This document shows, piece by piece, positions 1-11,283 of a DNA stretch of 64,000 bases. Under the pieces are notes generated by a model, which had not been told where the DNA came from, searched no databases, and was given only the letters and a program-made list of their open reading frames with translations. The position numbers and the translations under genes were made by a program. The stretch is taken from positions 1 to 64,000 of the forward strand of contig JBECUI020000030.1 in the NCBI GenBank assembly GCA_040954595.2. Reading direction: 5' to 3'. Source of the DNA: Balanoglossus misakiensis (Eukaryota; Animalia; Hemichordata). Each line of letters opens with the position of its first letter. Within the stretch, counting starts at the first letter, position 1.

Positions 1-1
1 C

Positions 2-565
2 TTTCCAGGGAAGGCAGTTCTGAACAGCATTATTGACTTACCGATATCAATATCGCCAATTATTATCGGATTGACATTTGTTATTATATACGGTAAATAT
101 GGGTACATCGGACAATTCTTGGAATCGGCAGGATTAACCATCATTTTTTCTTGGCCTGGATTGATGCTGACAAGTATGTGTATTACAACCCCGTATGTTC
201 TACGCAGCCTTCTTCCTACTATGCAGATGCTTGCCTCGCAACAGGAAGAGATTGCAACGATCCTCGGAGCAAATGGCTGGCAGGTACTGTTCCGAATAAC
301 TTTGCCAAGAATAAAATGGGCATTGCTGTATGGCATTATTCTCACAACAGCACGAAGTGCCGGAGAATTCGGAGCAGCATCCGTCGTATCAGGGTTTATA
401 CGAAACAAGACCGTTAGCCTGCCTTTGCTTGTTGAAATATACTACAATGAATACTTTTCCACTGCAGCTTTTACCTGTGCTACTCTGTTTGTACTACTCT
501 CTGTTCTTACACTTGTTACGAAACAGACAATGCAAAAAAACAGTTTGGAATCATTAAAGAGGTAA
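2..565 (+). CDS. cysW: Sulfate ABC transporter permease CysW (5' end lies outside the window)
   Basis: Frame is open from the window edge: [19 protein letters not shown]...[15 protein letters not shown]...ARSAGEFGA; directly upstream of cysA. Confidence 0.85.
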   Translation, partial: FPGKAVLNSIIDLPISISPIIIGLTFVIIYGKYGYIGQFLESAGLTIIFSWPGLMLTSMCITTPYVLRSLLPTMQMLASQQEEIATILGANGWQVLFRITLPRIKWALLYGIILTTARSAGEFGAASVVSGFIRNKTVSLPLLVEIYYNEYFSTAAFTCATLFVLLSVLTLVTKQTMQKNSLESLKR

Positions 566-569
566 CATA

Positions 570-1643
570 ATGACTATAGAAGTAAAAAATTTATACAAAG
601 AATTTGGTGCTCATGTAGCCCTTGATAACGTATCGTTGACCATCAAAGAAGGAGCGCTTACATCCCTTCTTGGACCATCGGGGTCGGGGAAGACCTCCTT
701 GCTCCGAATTATTTCCGGCTTGGAATATCCGAGTGCCGGATCGGTTATTATAAACGGAAAAGACTGCACAAACGATACAGCACAGCAGCGAAAAATGGGA
801 TTTGTTTTTCAACATTATGCTCTTTTTAAGCATATGACCGCCTTTGAAAACGTTGCATTTGGATTAAGGGTTCAGAAACGCAAAAACGGATTGTCCAATG
901 AAGAAATAGAACAACAAACACACGAGACAATGAGTCTTGTCCAACTCGATAATCAGGGCCATAAGTATCCTCATCAACTATCAGGAGGACAGCAACAACG
1001 AATAGCATTGGCACGGGTACTGGCCATTAAACCGTCCGTGCTTCTTTTAGATGAGCCCTTTGGTGCATTAGATGCAACGGTGCGGCGAGACCTGAGACGA
1101 TGGATCCGACGCTTACACGATGAAATGCATATTACTACAATACTTGTTACTCACGATCAAGAAGAAGCACTGGAAATATCTGACACAGTAGCCCTACTCA
1201 ATCAAGGACGATTAGAACAGTGTGGTTCCCCTCGTGAGATATATAAATCACCTGCTAATCCCTTCGTGTACGAGTTTCTTGGCGTTGTTAATGTATTTTC
1301 CGGAAGAATGAAGGACCATCATCTGGTACACTTTAATCCTGATAGTAAAGAAGAACATCTGCAAACAAATCAGCTTGTCTATGTACGTCCTCATGAACTA
1401 CAGATACATAGTGCAAAAAACAGGACAGAAAAAGATCTTCCGGGACTCATTGTTCGCCTTAGTTTTGTGGCAAAAACCGTGTTGTTGGAGATACGTATGC
1501 AACCACGGCAGGGGCATGAGCCGGTAATAATAGAAGCAAGCATAAGCGAACAGGAATGGGAAGAGGATCAGTTTCGCACAGGTGATACGGTCTATCTGCA
1601 TGCAAAGCAGTTTACAGTTTTTCCTACAGACGCCGCAACATAA
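570..1643 (+). CDS. cysA: Sulfate ABC transporter ATP-binding protein
   Basis: Walker A GPSGSGKT, signature [29 protein letters not shown]; C-terminal TOBE-like region. Confidence 0.88.
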   Translation: MTIEVKNLYKEFGAHVALDNVSLTIKEGALTSLLGPSGSGKTSLLRIISGLEYPSAGSVIINGKDCTNDTAQQRKMGFVFQHYALFKHMTAFENVAFGLRVQKRKNGLSNEEIEQQTHETMSLVQLDNQGHKYPHQLSGGQQQRIALARVLAIKPSVLLLDEPFGALDATVRRDLRRWIRRLHDEMHITTILVTHDQEEALEISDTVALLNQGRLEQCGSPREIYKSPANPFVYEFLGVVNVFSGRMKDHHLVHFNPDSKEEHLQTNQLVYVRPHELQIHSAKNRTEKDLPGLIVRLSFVAKTVLLEIRMQPRQGHEPVIIEASISEQEWEEDQFRTGDTVYLHAKQFTVFPTDAAT

Positions 1644-2469
1644 GCACACGGACGGTGCCCGCTAAATCGGGGAAGGACTCAAAAGAGCGATACGCCAGGG
1701 TAGAAGAAAAATCCCGGCAAAGTTTTTCCTGTTCAGGGGAAATTTCAAGTAATAAAATTCCGCTCGCTGTCAGTTTCTCTTGCCCCTGTACCAAGAGGGT
1801 TTTGAGTATATCCATGCCATCTTCGCCCCCATAGAGGGCAACCTTCGGGTCATGTCCGAAGCGTTGTACCTCTCGAACAGCTTCTGCAGTTAAATACGGT
1901 GGATTGGCAGTAATAAGATCGAATATGCCGGGCACAGAGTGCAGACAATGGCTGCGATAAAGTGAAGGAATGGGAGTGCCATAGAGGGTATTGTTTTGCT
2001 TGCAGACCATCAATGCAGGCATGGAGACATCACTGGCAGAAACATTACTAAGCCCGTTCAATGCAAGTGTGATAGCAAGACAGCCACTCCCCGTGCAGGA
2101 ATCATGCACTGATCGTGCATTCTTTCCATGTTCCAGTGCCAGATCTACGAGACACTCGGTCTCCGGACGCGGAACGAGTACCGCCTTATTTACTATAAAT
2201 TCTCTTCCGTAAAATTCCTTCCGTCCAGTAATATAAGCAAGTGCACGCCCCAAAGAGCGCTGTCTGATCATGCGCCGGTAGCGTAATGAAAGGAAAAAGC
2301 CGACCGAGGGTTCAGGATGTGCATAGACATCTTCCTTTCGCACCTGCAAACATGCAGCAAGAAGGAGAACCGCCTCGCGAGCAGGGTCGCCGTCCCTTCC
2401 CAATAAGGAGCCTTTAAGATATGCAGTGCCGTAGCTTAGCGCATCTTTCCGACTGGAGAAACTTTTCAT
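1624..2469 (-). CDS. prmC: Release factor glutamine methyltransferase
   Basis: [18 protein letters not shown] motif, NPPY; immediately downstream of prfA. Confidence 0.93.
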   Translation of the reverse strand: MKSFSSRKDALSYGTAYLKGSLLGRDGDPAREAVLLLAACLQVRKEDVYAHPEPSVGFFLSLRYRRMIRQRSLGRALAYITGRKEFYGREFIVNKAVLVPRPETECLVDLALEHGKNARSVHDSCTGSGCLAITLALNGLSNVSASDVSMPALMVCKQNNTLYGTPIPSLYRSHCLHSVPGIFDLITANPPYLTAEAVREVQRFGHDPKVALYGGEDGMDILKTLLVQGQEKLTASGILLLEISPEQEKLCRDFSSTLAYRSFESFPDLAGTVRVLMLRRL

Positions 2470-3525
2470 TTATGTCTGTTGCTGTGTAAGGGGTTCAATA
2501 ATCATATTGAGATCCCCTTCCATAATCGAATCCAAGCGATACAGAGTAAGATTAATCCGGTGGTCAGTTACCCGATTTTGAGGGAAGTTATACGTTCGGA
2601 TCCGCTCACTGCGGTCGCCGCTGCCAATTTGTTCTTTCCGTAGTATCGCCTCTTCTTCTTGTCTACGTTTTTCCTCGACACTGTACAGACGGGCTTTGAG
2701 CACACGTAATGCCTTCGCCTTGTTTTTATGCTGGCTCTTTTCGTCTTGGCAGGTAACAATAGTACCGGTTGGAACATGCGTAATGCGTACAGCAGAATCA
2801 GTTGTATTAACACTTTGTCCGCCGGGACCGGAAGAACGAAAAACATCAATTCGAAGATCTTCGTTTCTAATGTTGATGTCCATCTCGTCTGCCTCGGGCA
2901 GAATGGCGACTGTAATAGCAGAGGTGTGTATCCGTCCACTCTTTTCCGTAGTAGGGATACGTTGCACACGGTGCACTCCCCGTTCATGTTTTAGGATACC
3001 AAAAACAGATTTTCCCCCGATTGAAAAAATAATTTCACGAAAGCCACCCAGCTCCGTATTGCTGGCCTGCAGAATGTCTACCTTCCACCCTTGAGATTCT
3101 GCATACTTGCAATACATACGGAAGACATCCTCTACGAAAAGGGCTGCCTCGTCCCCGCCTGTACCGGCACGAATTTCTGCAATAACATTCTTCTCATCCA
3201 TTGGATCAGCAGGAAAAAAGCGCAGGGTAATTTCCCGTACAACCTTATCCTTTTCCTGTTTGAGAGCAATATTTTCTTCGCGTGCCGCCTCCTGCATATC
3301 ACTATCGGATGCATCATCCAGCAACTCGGTTAGATTCTGTTGGTCTTGAATGATCTTTAGGCAACGGTCTCGAAGATCACGTAACTCTACTAAACGGGTG
3401 TATTCGCGCATCGTACTGCGATATTGCTGCGAACTGCGGTCATTGTCCTGTGCAAGAAATGTTTCTATATCCTGAATTTTTTCGGGAATGGATTCTAGCT
3501 TTTTTAATAATTCTGTAACTTCCAT
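2470..3525 (-). CDS. prfA: Peptide chain release factor 1
   Basis: GGQ motif ([10 protein letters not shown]), PxT anticodon mimic (IPTTE), [11 protein letters not shown]. Confidence 0.96.
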   Translation of the reverse strand: MEVTELLKKLESIPEKIQDIETFLAQDNDRSSQQYRSTMREYTRLVELRDLRDRCLKIIQDQQNLTELLDDASDSDMQEAAREENIALKQEKDKVVREITLRFFPADPMDEKNVIAEIRAGTGGDEAALFVEDVFRMYCKYAESQGWKVDILQASNTELGGFREIIFSIGGKSVFGILKHERGVHRVQRIPTTEKSGRIHTSAITVAILPEADEMDINIRNEDLRIDVFRSSGPGGQSVNTTDSAVRITHVPTGTIVTCQDEKSQHKNKAKALRVLKARLYSVEEKRRQEEEAILRKEQIGSGDRSERIRTYNFPQNRVTDHRINLTLYRLDSIMEGDLNMIIEPLTQQQT

Positions 3526-3540
3526 ATAGGGTTAACCGTG

Positions 3541-4122
3541 TTATCGACGAGGGAACATCAATCCAAACAGACTGCCACACAGTGCTCCCACAATATTCGA
3601 TAGCTTGGAAAACAGACCTACATCGGCAATATTATTCAATTCATTCCCCACGAATAACAGTGTTATAAGAATAAAACTAATCGGCAAGCCCGAGCCCCGA
3701 ACATTCACGAAGGATATTAAAAGAATCATCATAAACGCAATCCCGCTTGATCCCATCAACAACCCACTACCAATCAGAGCATGTATTACAGCAGTAATGA
3801 GAATCGTAACAAGAACAAGAATGAATAGACGCCACGATCGGTACCGTTCTTCAAGAACTGGACCAAGTAATAAAATAAACGTCATATTACCGAGTAAATG
3901 CTGCCATGAAGAATGCCCGAAGACATAGGTGAAATACCGACTTATGCTTAACAGTTCAGATGTCGGGAAACTCGGCGGTAATGCAAAGTATTCTGCAATT
4001 ATGCCGGACCAAAAATATGTATCAATACAGAATAGAACACCAGCTATAATTGCGAAACTAATACTAACCGGTGCATTATAACGAATTTTCATATCTCCAT
4101 ACCAGTATAGACCTTCATGCAA
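3541..4122 (-). CDS. Rhomboid-family intramembrane protease-like protein
   Basis: HSSWQHLLGNM, GSSG serine motif, multiple TM helices; the usual catalytic His near the C-terminus is not evident (SNIVG). Confidence 0.7.
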   Translation of the reverse strand: MHEGLYWYGDMKIRYNAPVSISFAIIAGVLFCIDTYFWSGIIAEYFALPPSFPTSELLSISRYFTYVFGHSSWQHLLGNMTFILLLGPVLEERYRSWRLFILVLVTILITAVIHALIGSGLLMGSSGIAFMMILLISFVNVRGSGLPISFILITLLFVGNELNNIADVGLFSKLSNIVGALCGSLFGLMFPRR

Positions 4123-4183
4123 GAGAATACAAGACTATCAGTATAACTTGAATATAATAAGCAAGCTATGATACAGTACACCT

Positions 4184-5158
4184 GTGCAAAGAAAACCATC
4201 ATGGTTGCGTATTCAACTCAATACAAATAAAAGTTTTCAATATGTTAAGAACATTGTGCAAGAAGACAGGTTGCATACTGTCTGCGAGGAAGCACGGTGT
4301 CCGAATATCCATGAGTGCTGGGGAACCCATAAAACCGCTACGTTTATGATCTTGGGTGATGTCTGCACCCGCCGATGCCGCTTTTGTGCAGTAAAGACAG
4401 GGCTGCCACGTCTTGTTGACCGTCAGGAACCGGCACGGGTGGCAGAATCCGTTGCAAAACTTGACCTGCGCCATGTCGTCATTACTATGGTTAATAGAGA
4501 TGAACTGCCAGACGGTGGGGCATATCTCATGGCAGAAACAGTACGAGAAATTCGTCGGGCAACAGAGAAGTGTTCAGTTGAGATATTGACATCGGATTTT
4601 ATGGGAGAATACAATGCCATTCAAACAGTCATGAATAGCGAACCGGATATTATGAGTCATAATCTAGAAACAGTACGACGGCTAACACCGCAGGTGCGGT
4701 CACGTTCGGACTACGATCGATCCCTGAAAGTTCTAAGCATTGCAAAAGATATTAACCCGGATGCCGTAACAAAATCCAGCCTCATGCTCGGACTGGGGGA
4801 AGATAGTATCGAGGTCGAACAAGCAATGGATGACCTGCTGGAACATAGGGTACAGATACTTAATATCGGGCAGTACTTACAACCCAGCATTAACCATCTG
4901 TCGGTACAAAAATATTGGACACCGGAGGAGTTTGCAGAACTAAAAGGGATTGCATATCAAAAAGGCTTTTCCCATTGCGAGGCTGCCCCTCTTGTACGAT
5001 CATCGTATCATGCGGGTGAAGACTACGAAACATATCGTAAACAGATTCACCCGCTGTATAATCTAACTCCTAAAGTCTTTGACTATATCTCTACTAATCT
5101 TTACTATTGCTTGTCCAAGTCAACCAATGATGGATCACCCATGCGAAGAGTAAAGTAA
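4184..5158 (+). CDS. lipA: Lipoyl synthase
   Basis: [12 protein letters not shown], radical-SAM [12 protein letters not shown] motif. Confidence 0.95.
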   Translation: MQRKPSWLRIQLNTNKSFQYVKNIVQEDRLHTVCEEARCPNIHECWGTHKTATFMILGDVCTRRCRFCAVKTGLPRLVDRQEPARVAESVAKLDLRHVVITMVNRDELPDGGAYLMAETVREIRRATEKCSVEILTSDFMGEYNAIQTVMNSEPDIMSHNLETVRRLTPQVRSRSDYDRSLKVLSIAKDINPDAVTKSSLMLGLGEDSIEVEQAMDDLLEHRVQILNIGQYLQPSINHLSVQKYWTPEEFAELKGIAYQKGFSHCEAAPLVRSSYHAGEDYETYRKQIHPLYNLTPKVFDYISTNLYYCLSKSTNDGSPMRRVK

Positions 5159-6810
5159 TTATTAAAACTTGCACGCTTTAGGTACTCCTCAAAAGCTTCC
5201 GTATATGAAAGACCTAGGTTGACCTTCTGCTCGGAAGGATGATCTTTGAATATCTGGTAAGCATCTCCTCCTGCTGCGATAAAAGAGTTGGTAACTAAAT
5301 TATACCTACCCGTCTTATCGACAACTTTGCCGTCTTCTACTATCATCTTTGGACCAACCTCTATCGACGCAACCCGCGAACCGGAAGGAGCTGATGAACT
5401 ATAAACTACCTTGATGCCGGATGCTTGAAGGAATTGTCCACCCGCTTCCGGTAAACGAGATACCGAGTGTTCAAATATATTCAGAATATCTGCTGCAGAC
5501 AGCTCGGAAATGACCGTCAGATAGTTACTAAATGGCAGAATATTGTATACATCATACTTGGAAATAACCGAATCCGCTACTATAACAACGCTATTCCGTA
5601 TGCCCCCGCCGTTCGTAACAGCAAAATGCACTGTTTCATCATTCATTACGTTGGCTATTGCAAGATAGGAATCAGTAATAGCCCTGCCCATCGTTGTTTC
5701 GCGAGTACGTACAAACTGCCGTGTTCCATCCAGACTCGTACGAACCGTAGTAACGGGCTCCTTCCGAAAGGATTCGATCGACTTTGCTACAACATCAACA
5801 ATATCCCGCTGAATTACAGGATCTGCCGGTACATCCGGGTGTACTGCAACAGGACCGGATTTCTCATCGACATGAGTAATAAGACCCTCGGCATCAAAAT
5901 GTACAATCAACCGTCCAATATAATTGTATGCACCATCAGTAGCTACAACAAGTACAGGGTCTCCAGTCGGAGAAGTCGTACGATAAGGATAGGGCTCTTC
6001 CGGCTGATCGGCAATCGATTCGCCGTCTCTGTTCTGGCGTATGAGATAATCATTCTGTGCATTGCCTAAGAGATTATCCCCACCACCGGCAATAAAGACA
6101 TCAACCCCCTCAATGAGTTCCGCAAGCGCTTTCTCCTCATCAACATTTTGTAGATGGGACATGGAAATGATAATGTTCACGCCCTGTGAACGAAGTTTAT
6201 CCACTTCTCGTTGTAGGCTTTCTGCAAAATCTGCAATGACAATATTCGGCCCGGGACTTGAAATGTCGCGCACCCCATCGGTGGTTGCACCGACAAGACC
6301 AACACGAATATCTCCATATTGCTTGATGAGTCGCCGGGAAATTTTTTCAGCGGCAAGGGCAGCGAGTTCGGGCTCCTTGGTGAAATCAAGATTGGCACTT
6401 ATAAAGTCAAACCTGGCTTCCTCAACAAAACGCCGAAATCCAGCCGGACCAAAGTCAAACTCATGATTCCCAATCGCAGAGACATCGTAGCCCATGGAAG
6501 ACAATACCTGTGCATCAAAGACACCGCGAGAAACTGCATATTGTAGCCCTGCTAAATAATTGTCGCCGGCTGATGCAACCAAGACGGCAGTGCCCTCTGC
6601 TTCCGCCCGGAGCTTCTCTAAAACAGTGGCAAACTGTGCCACACTTCCTGAATAACTATTCGCCAAGAATGCCGATTCACCATCATTACTGTGCAGGATG
6701 GTCATGATAAATGGCTTATCTTTTTCCATACCTCCCCCATGGGAATCTGCAAAAAGACTGCCTAAACTTATAAACAAGATAAAAATTACTAGCTTTTTTT
6801 GGATAAACAT
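5104..6810 (-). CDS. Exported bifunctional metallophosphatase/5'-nucleotidase
   Basis: Signal peptide; LHSNDGE, GDNY, GNHEFD, NGGGIR, LPFSN, GGDAY motifs. Confidence 0.88.
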   Translation of the reverse strand: MFIQKKLVIFILFISLGSLFADSHGGGMEKDKPFIMTILHSNDGESAFLANSYSGSVAQFATVLEKLRAEAEGTAVLVASAGDNYLAGLQYAVSRGVFDAQVLSSMGYDVSAIGNHEFDFGPAGFRRFVEEARFDFISANLDFTKEPELAALAAEKISRRLIKQYGDIRVGLVGATTDGVRDISSPGPNIVIADFAESLQREVDKLRSQGVNIIISMSHLQNVDEEKALAELIEGVDVFIAGGGDNLLGNAQNDYLIRQNRDGESIADQPEEPYPYRTTSPTGDPVLVVATDGAYNYIGRLIVHFDAEGLITHVDEKSGPVAVHPDVPADPVIQRDIVDVVAKSIESFRKEPVTTVRTSLDGTRQFVRTRETTMGRAITDSYLAIANVMNDETVHFAVTNGGGIRNSVVIVADSVISKYDVYNILPFSNYLTVISELSAADILNIFEHSVSRLPEAGGQFLQASGIKVVYSSSAPSGSRVASIEVGPKMIVEDGKVVDKTGRYNLVTNSFIAAGGDAYQIFKDHPSEQKVNLGLSYTEAFEEYLKRASFNNYFTLRMGDPSLVDLDKQ

Positions 6811-6908
6811 ACCCCCCTCCTAGTTTGACTTAAGTATACAAGTAATTATACATTAATGCAATAAAATCCATAGCATGGTATAATAAGAAAAAGTTGGAGA
6901 ATAACTGT

Positions 6909-7148
6909 ATGTCAAACGCAGAAAACAAGGATTATAAAGTCATTATTATGCATAATTTTGATTACAAGGAAATTAATGCCATTATGCTAGCGGTTCGAAC
7001 TATGTATCCCGACAAGCAACAGGTAGTCTTTGCAAAGAGTACAAAAAAATCTCTGGAGACAAAACTTGGCGAGCTTATTGACGACATAACACAGGACCAT
7101 GAATATCTCATGAAAAACAAACCGCCTAAAAAAGAAAATCCTAAATGA
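6909..7148 (+). CDS. Small DUF3783-like protein
   Basis: ~80 aa, VIIMHNF...VFAKST...LGELIDDITQDHEY resembles DUF3783; GGAG SD upstream. Confidence 0.6.
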   Translation: MSNAENKDYKVIIMHNFDYKEINAIMLAVRTMYPDKQQVVFAKSTKKSLETKLGELIDDITQDHEYLMKNKPPKKENPK

Positions 7149-8201
7149 GGGAAAAAACAAGTTTTGAAAAATTACCGCTGTACCAACCTGGGATGCACCG
7201 GTCAAGAACAATTAAACTATCCTCCAACGAAAACCCGCTAGGAACATCTCCCCTTGCTCTTCGGGCTGTCCGTCAAGCACTCAGTAAGATCCATTATTAC
7301 CCTGATAATACATCAACTCTGCTACGAGAAAAAATTGCCAATAGGTACGGTCTTCAGAAAGAAGAGATCATTATTGGGAATGGATCCGACGAAATCATGC
7401 TGCTTACTGCTGCTGCCTATATGGAACCACAAGAAGAATCAGTTGTGGGAGCACATACCTTCAGTGTATATACATTCGTTACGCATTTGTTCGGGGGGAT
7501 CGTGCAAACCTGCCCAATGCAACAGGGCATATACGATTTTGATGCTCTATTGTCGCTTGTCAATAATAAAACACGCCTGATATTCCTTGGCAGCCCTAAT
7601 AATCCAACCGGTACTATTATCCTACCGGATAGATTGGAAAGCATACTTAACAGCATTCCCGACACTGTCCTTATAGTATTGGATGAAGCCTACGGTGAAT
7701 TTATCGATAATCCGCAGTACAAAAGCGGCATACATTACATACGTAATTACCCGAACCTTCTTGTTTTGCGCACATTCTCTAAGATATTCGGATTAGCCGG
7801 ACTTCGAGTTGGATACGGAATCGCACAAGAGAAAACAATAGCATATTTGCAGCGTGCAAAAATTCCTTTTAGCAGTAATTCCTTAGCACAAGCAGCAGCG
7901 ACTGCAGCGTTGGAAGATAATACATTTATTCAAAAAAACTCTACGATGTGTTCATATGGGGAAAAAGATGCTCTGTCATGTTCTGGACGAACTCAATCTC
8001 CCATATTTCCCCAGTCAGGCAAACTTCGTCAGCTTCCAAGTGCCCGAACCAGGAGACATAGCAGTTGAGAGTATTGCTACACAAGGAGTTACGCTTCGCT
8101 CTCTCCAAACATTTGGCTTGCATAATTGGATACGGGCAAGCATCGGGACAGGGAAACAAATGACTACTCTTATCGCCGCATTACGAAAGCTGTATGGATA
8201 A
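7145..8201 (+). CDS. hisC: Histidinol-phosphate aminotransferase (one frameshift near 7935-7960)
   Basis: KLSSNENP, GNGSDE, PNNPTG, DEAY, RTFSKIFGLAGLRVGY; C-terminus (SQANF...IRASIG) continues in ORF 7956..8201. Confidence 0.88.
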
Positions 8202-8727
8202 TACCGTCTTTTTAAAATTCTTATTAGTTCTATTCCTTCCAACCATATGTTTACTTTTTCCGAACAAAAAAAGGGGCATTGTTGCACTGCTTTCCGGTTT
8301 CGCATCCGCTTTTCTTGCACTGGGAATGCTTGTCGTACTAGAACTCGGACTGGGGATCCTATACAACAGTCTTCCACCCTTCTTATGGTATCTAACAACG
8401 GGACTCGTAGAAGAAGTATGCAAGGTTCTATTCTTCTTTCGTCTTGTCAATCATTTTTCAATAAAAGACCAGCTACCACGCTATGGCGCTACAGTTGGAG
8501 TAGGATTTGCTAGTATAGAATCATTACTCTATATTCGTTCCCCACTTCAAATAATCGCTATGCGAACCGTTACTGCTTCACTGCTTCATATCGCCACTAT
8601 GCTCATTCTTGTATTTATCACAGGCATGCGAAAAAAGGAGAAGTACAGCGGTTACAAACCCCTGCACGTTGCCATATCACTCTTGTTTCAAGTATCCCTA
8701 CATCTTGTGTATAATACAATCCAGTAA
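8194..8727 (+). CDS. PrsW-family intramembrane metalloprotease
   Basis: GLVEEVCK, GFASIE, two later His motifs, multi-TM. Confidence 0.72.
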   Translation: MDNTVFLKFLLVLFLPTICLLFPNKKRGIVALLSGFASAFLALGMLVVLELGLGILYNSLPPFLWYLTTGLVEEVCKVLFFFRLVNHFSIKDQLPRYGATVGVGFASIESLLYIRSPLQIIAMRTVTASLLHIATMLILVFITGMRKKEKYSGYKPLHVAISLLFQVSLHLVYNTIQ

Positions 8728-8747
8728 ACATCCTCATAGTAGAAGGG

Positions 8748-8776
8748 TTGACAATTATTATATATCTGTCTATGGT
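8748..8776 (+). promoter_or_regulatory. Sigma70-type promoter of the GH2 gene
   Basis: TTGACA (8748-8753), 17 bp spacer, TATGGT (8771-8776). Confidence 0.55.
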
Positions 8777-8785
8777 AGAGTATCA

Positions 8786-11269
8786 GTGCTTGTAACAGAA
8801 CAATCATTAGTCGGCAGATGGCAATTAACCTCTCCGGTCTTATCTGACCCCCTTCCCATAGATATACCTGGTGATATATACACAGTTTTACTCCAGGAAA
8901 AGATTTTACCTGACCCCTATTATAGTGATAATGAACTCAAGTGGTTGCCGTATGCTCAGGCTGAATGGAAAATAGAACGTACATTTGAAGTAACGAACAA
9001 TCAAGCCGAACGAATACTATTAGACATAGCGGTCGTGGACACTATTGCTATCATCACCATAAATGGGGAAGAAGTTGCAAAAAGCAATTCCAGTTTCATT
9101 CCCCTATGCATAGACATAAAGAAACATATCAAACCGGGAAAGAACACTATTGCTATCGCCTTTCTTTCTGCCGAAAAGGTTGCCCAAGAAAGCCCATTGC
9201 CCTATCCTATACCTCATTCTGAATATCCGATACAATCGCCGCACCGCAATCTTGTGCGTAAGGTACAATGTCATAGCGGCTGGGATTGGGGTCCCGCACT
9301 TATGTGTGCCGGAGTCTATCAATCTATCCGTTTATTATACCGCCCTGCATATACCCTATCTGCACTACATTGTGATATACGCAATACCAGCAAGACCCGT
9401 TGGGTTGTAACTGTGCATATTGATCTCAACAGCGAAGCTGAGCTTGAAATTCCTCTTACCATCAGTCTTGCAACAGTGAAGACAACAGAGCAAATAGCAA
9501 TACGCAAATGGACTCAAACTATATCATGCAAATTGACCATTGATAAGCCCGAACTGTGGTGGCCTGCCGGCATGGGCAAACAGCCGCTGTATGAACTGAC
9601 GGCTCAAATCGGAGAACTTTGGCATAACAAGACAGTTGCATTCCGAACTATTACCGTTATAAATAAGAAAGACCGTTTTGGCAGATCCCTGCAATTTCTG
9701 GTCAACAAAAAACCAATTATAGCAAAGGGTGCCAACTGGATTCCCTGTGATGCCCTTCCAAGCCGACAAAGGCCCGAGCGCATCCGGAAGCTCATTGATA
9801 GTGCTCTTGCTGCAGGAATGAATATGCTCCGCGTCTGGGGCGGGGGGCAGTACGAAAGCAATTTCTTTTACGAGTATTGCAGTCGACGTGGCATACTTAT
9901 CTGGCAAGATTTTATGTTTGCCTGTGCAATGTATCCCGCTGACTCTGCATTTCTCGACCTCGTACGAACTGAAGCAGAGGCACAAGTCAAACGATTAAAA
10001 GGCTTTGCCTGTCTTGCTCTCTGGTGTGGGAACAATGAAAATCTCGGAGCCTTTGAATGGTTTCCGGAATCCCACGAGAATCGCGACCGCTATCTCATTG
10101 ACTACGATCGTCTTAATGAGGGAGTACTTGGCGACACTGTTCGTAGGTTTGATCCAACCCGTCTTTTCTGGCCAAGTTCCCCCTCCGGTTCTCCCAACGA
10201 TTACAGTGCAAACTGGCATAATGACAACTGCGGGGACATGCATTACTGGAGCGTATGGCATGAAGGCAAACCCTTTGAAGCATATTATTCCATTATACCA
10301 CGATTCTGTTCGGAGTTTGGATTTCAATCCTTTCCATCACGCAAAACCATTCTCAGCTGCACCCCTGTCGATTCATTGAATCCTACAGCTCCCGCTATGG
10401 AGCATCATCAGAGGCATCCACGGGGCAATAGCATTATTCTTGAAACCATCAGCCGTTATTTCCGTTTTCCCAAGGATTTTGAAAACATACTCTATCTCAG
10501 CCAACTCCAGCAAGGACTGGCAATACAAACTGCCGTAGAATTTTGGCGTGCTCATCCCGAACGATGCTCCGGCATGATGTACTGGCAACTGAACGATCTA
10601 TGGCCCGGCAGTTCGTGGTCATCGATTGAATACGACGGCTACTGGAAACTTCTTCACTACTTTGCAGCGCGTTTTTATCGCCCCCTCCATCTTGCCGCCT
10701 ATAAGGACCCAAAAGACAATCAAACAAAGTATGTTCTGTATAACGACACCACCCTTCCCCAAGCAGTCGAGCTAAGTTTAAGCTGGTACGCAGAAGACAG
10801 CAAACTGCTTGATGTCTATCGATGCAATTGCACTGTTGATGCCCATTCCGTGCAATTTCTTCATCCAACAACCGACCATGCTCATGCTGTATTATTTATG
10901 GTGATGAAACCCTCTGTCGGCAATTCTCTTACGAATATTTTTCTCTCAATGAAACCAAAACAGTACAATCTTTCACCTACACAGGCGGTTGTAATATCAT
11001 CCCTGCGAAAGAAAAAGATCGCTTCTCCACCTGCCCACCTTGCAGAAACCGACAGTTGTTATGAGATTACCCTTAAAACAAAACAAGTAGCCCTCTACGT
11101 AACACTCAGCCTCCAAGATCAGTTCGGGGGTATGAGTGACAATGCCTTTTCCATGCAGCCCAAGGAGACAAAGACCATTCTTTGTTATGTAAACAGTAAA
11201 GAGATACGCAATGCCGATGCACTCCGTGCCCAGATCAAGTTATACGATTTAGCGCATAGTTATTTCTAG
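8786..11269 (+). CDS. GH2 beta-mannosidase
   Basis: HSGWDWGP, KGANWIP, MLRVWGGG, WCGNNE, SEFGFQS, YWQLND; start moved to the in-frame GTG just after the promoter. Confidence 0.9.
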   Translation: MLVTEQSLVGRWQLTSPVLSDPLPIDIPGDIYTVLLQEKILPDPYYSDNELKWLPYAQAEWKIERTFEVTNNQAERILLDIAVVDTIAIITINGEEVAKSNSSFIPLCIDIKKHIKPGKNTIAIAFLSAEKVAQESPLPYPIPHSEYPIQSPHRNLVRKVQCHSGWDWGPALMCAGVYQSIRLLYRPAYTLSALHCDIRNTSKTRWVVTVHIDLNSEAELEIPLTISLATVKTTEQIAIRKWTQTISCKLTIDKPELWWPAGMGKQPLYELTAQIGELWHNKTVAFRTITVINKKDRFGRSLQFLVNKKPIIAKGANWIPCDALPSRQRPERIRKLIDSALAAGMNMLRVWGGGQYESNFFYEYCSRRGILIWQDFMFACAMYPADSAFLDLVRTEAEAQVKRLKGFACLALWCGNNENLGAFEWFPESHENRDRYLIDYDRLNEGVLGDTVRRFDPTRLFWPSSPSGSPNDYSANWHNDNCGDMHYWSVWHEGKPFEAYYSIIPRFCSEFGFQSFPSRKTILSCTPVDSLNPTAPAMEHHQRHPRGNSIILETISRYFRFPKDFENILYLSQLQQGLAIQTAVEFWRAHPERCSGMMYWQLNDLWPGSSWSSIEYDGYWKLLHYFAARFYRPLHLAAYKDPKDNQTKYVLYNDTTLPQAVELSLSWYAEDSKLLDVYRCNCTVDAHSVQFLHPTTDHAHAVLFMVMKPSVGNSLTNIFLSMKPKQYNLSPTQAVVISSLRKKKIASPPAHLAETDSCYEITLKTKQVALYVTLSLQDQFGGMSDNAFSMQPKETKTILCYVNSKEIRNADALRAQIKLYDLAHSYF

Positions 11270-11283
11270 GGGATTTTCTGCCA

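Noticed and set aside
5040-5158. 55-bp convergent overlap of lipA and the nucleotidase as antisense regulation
   Set aside because: The lipA tail after RSSY is non-conserved and could be simple run-on or an indel; nothing else supports a function.
8609-8785. 59-aa N-terminal extension of the GH2 ORF
   Set aside because: It overlaps the PrsW-like gene and contains a good promoter; the start is more likely GTG 8786.
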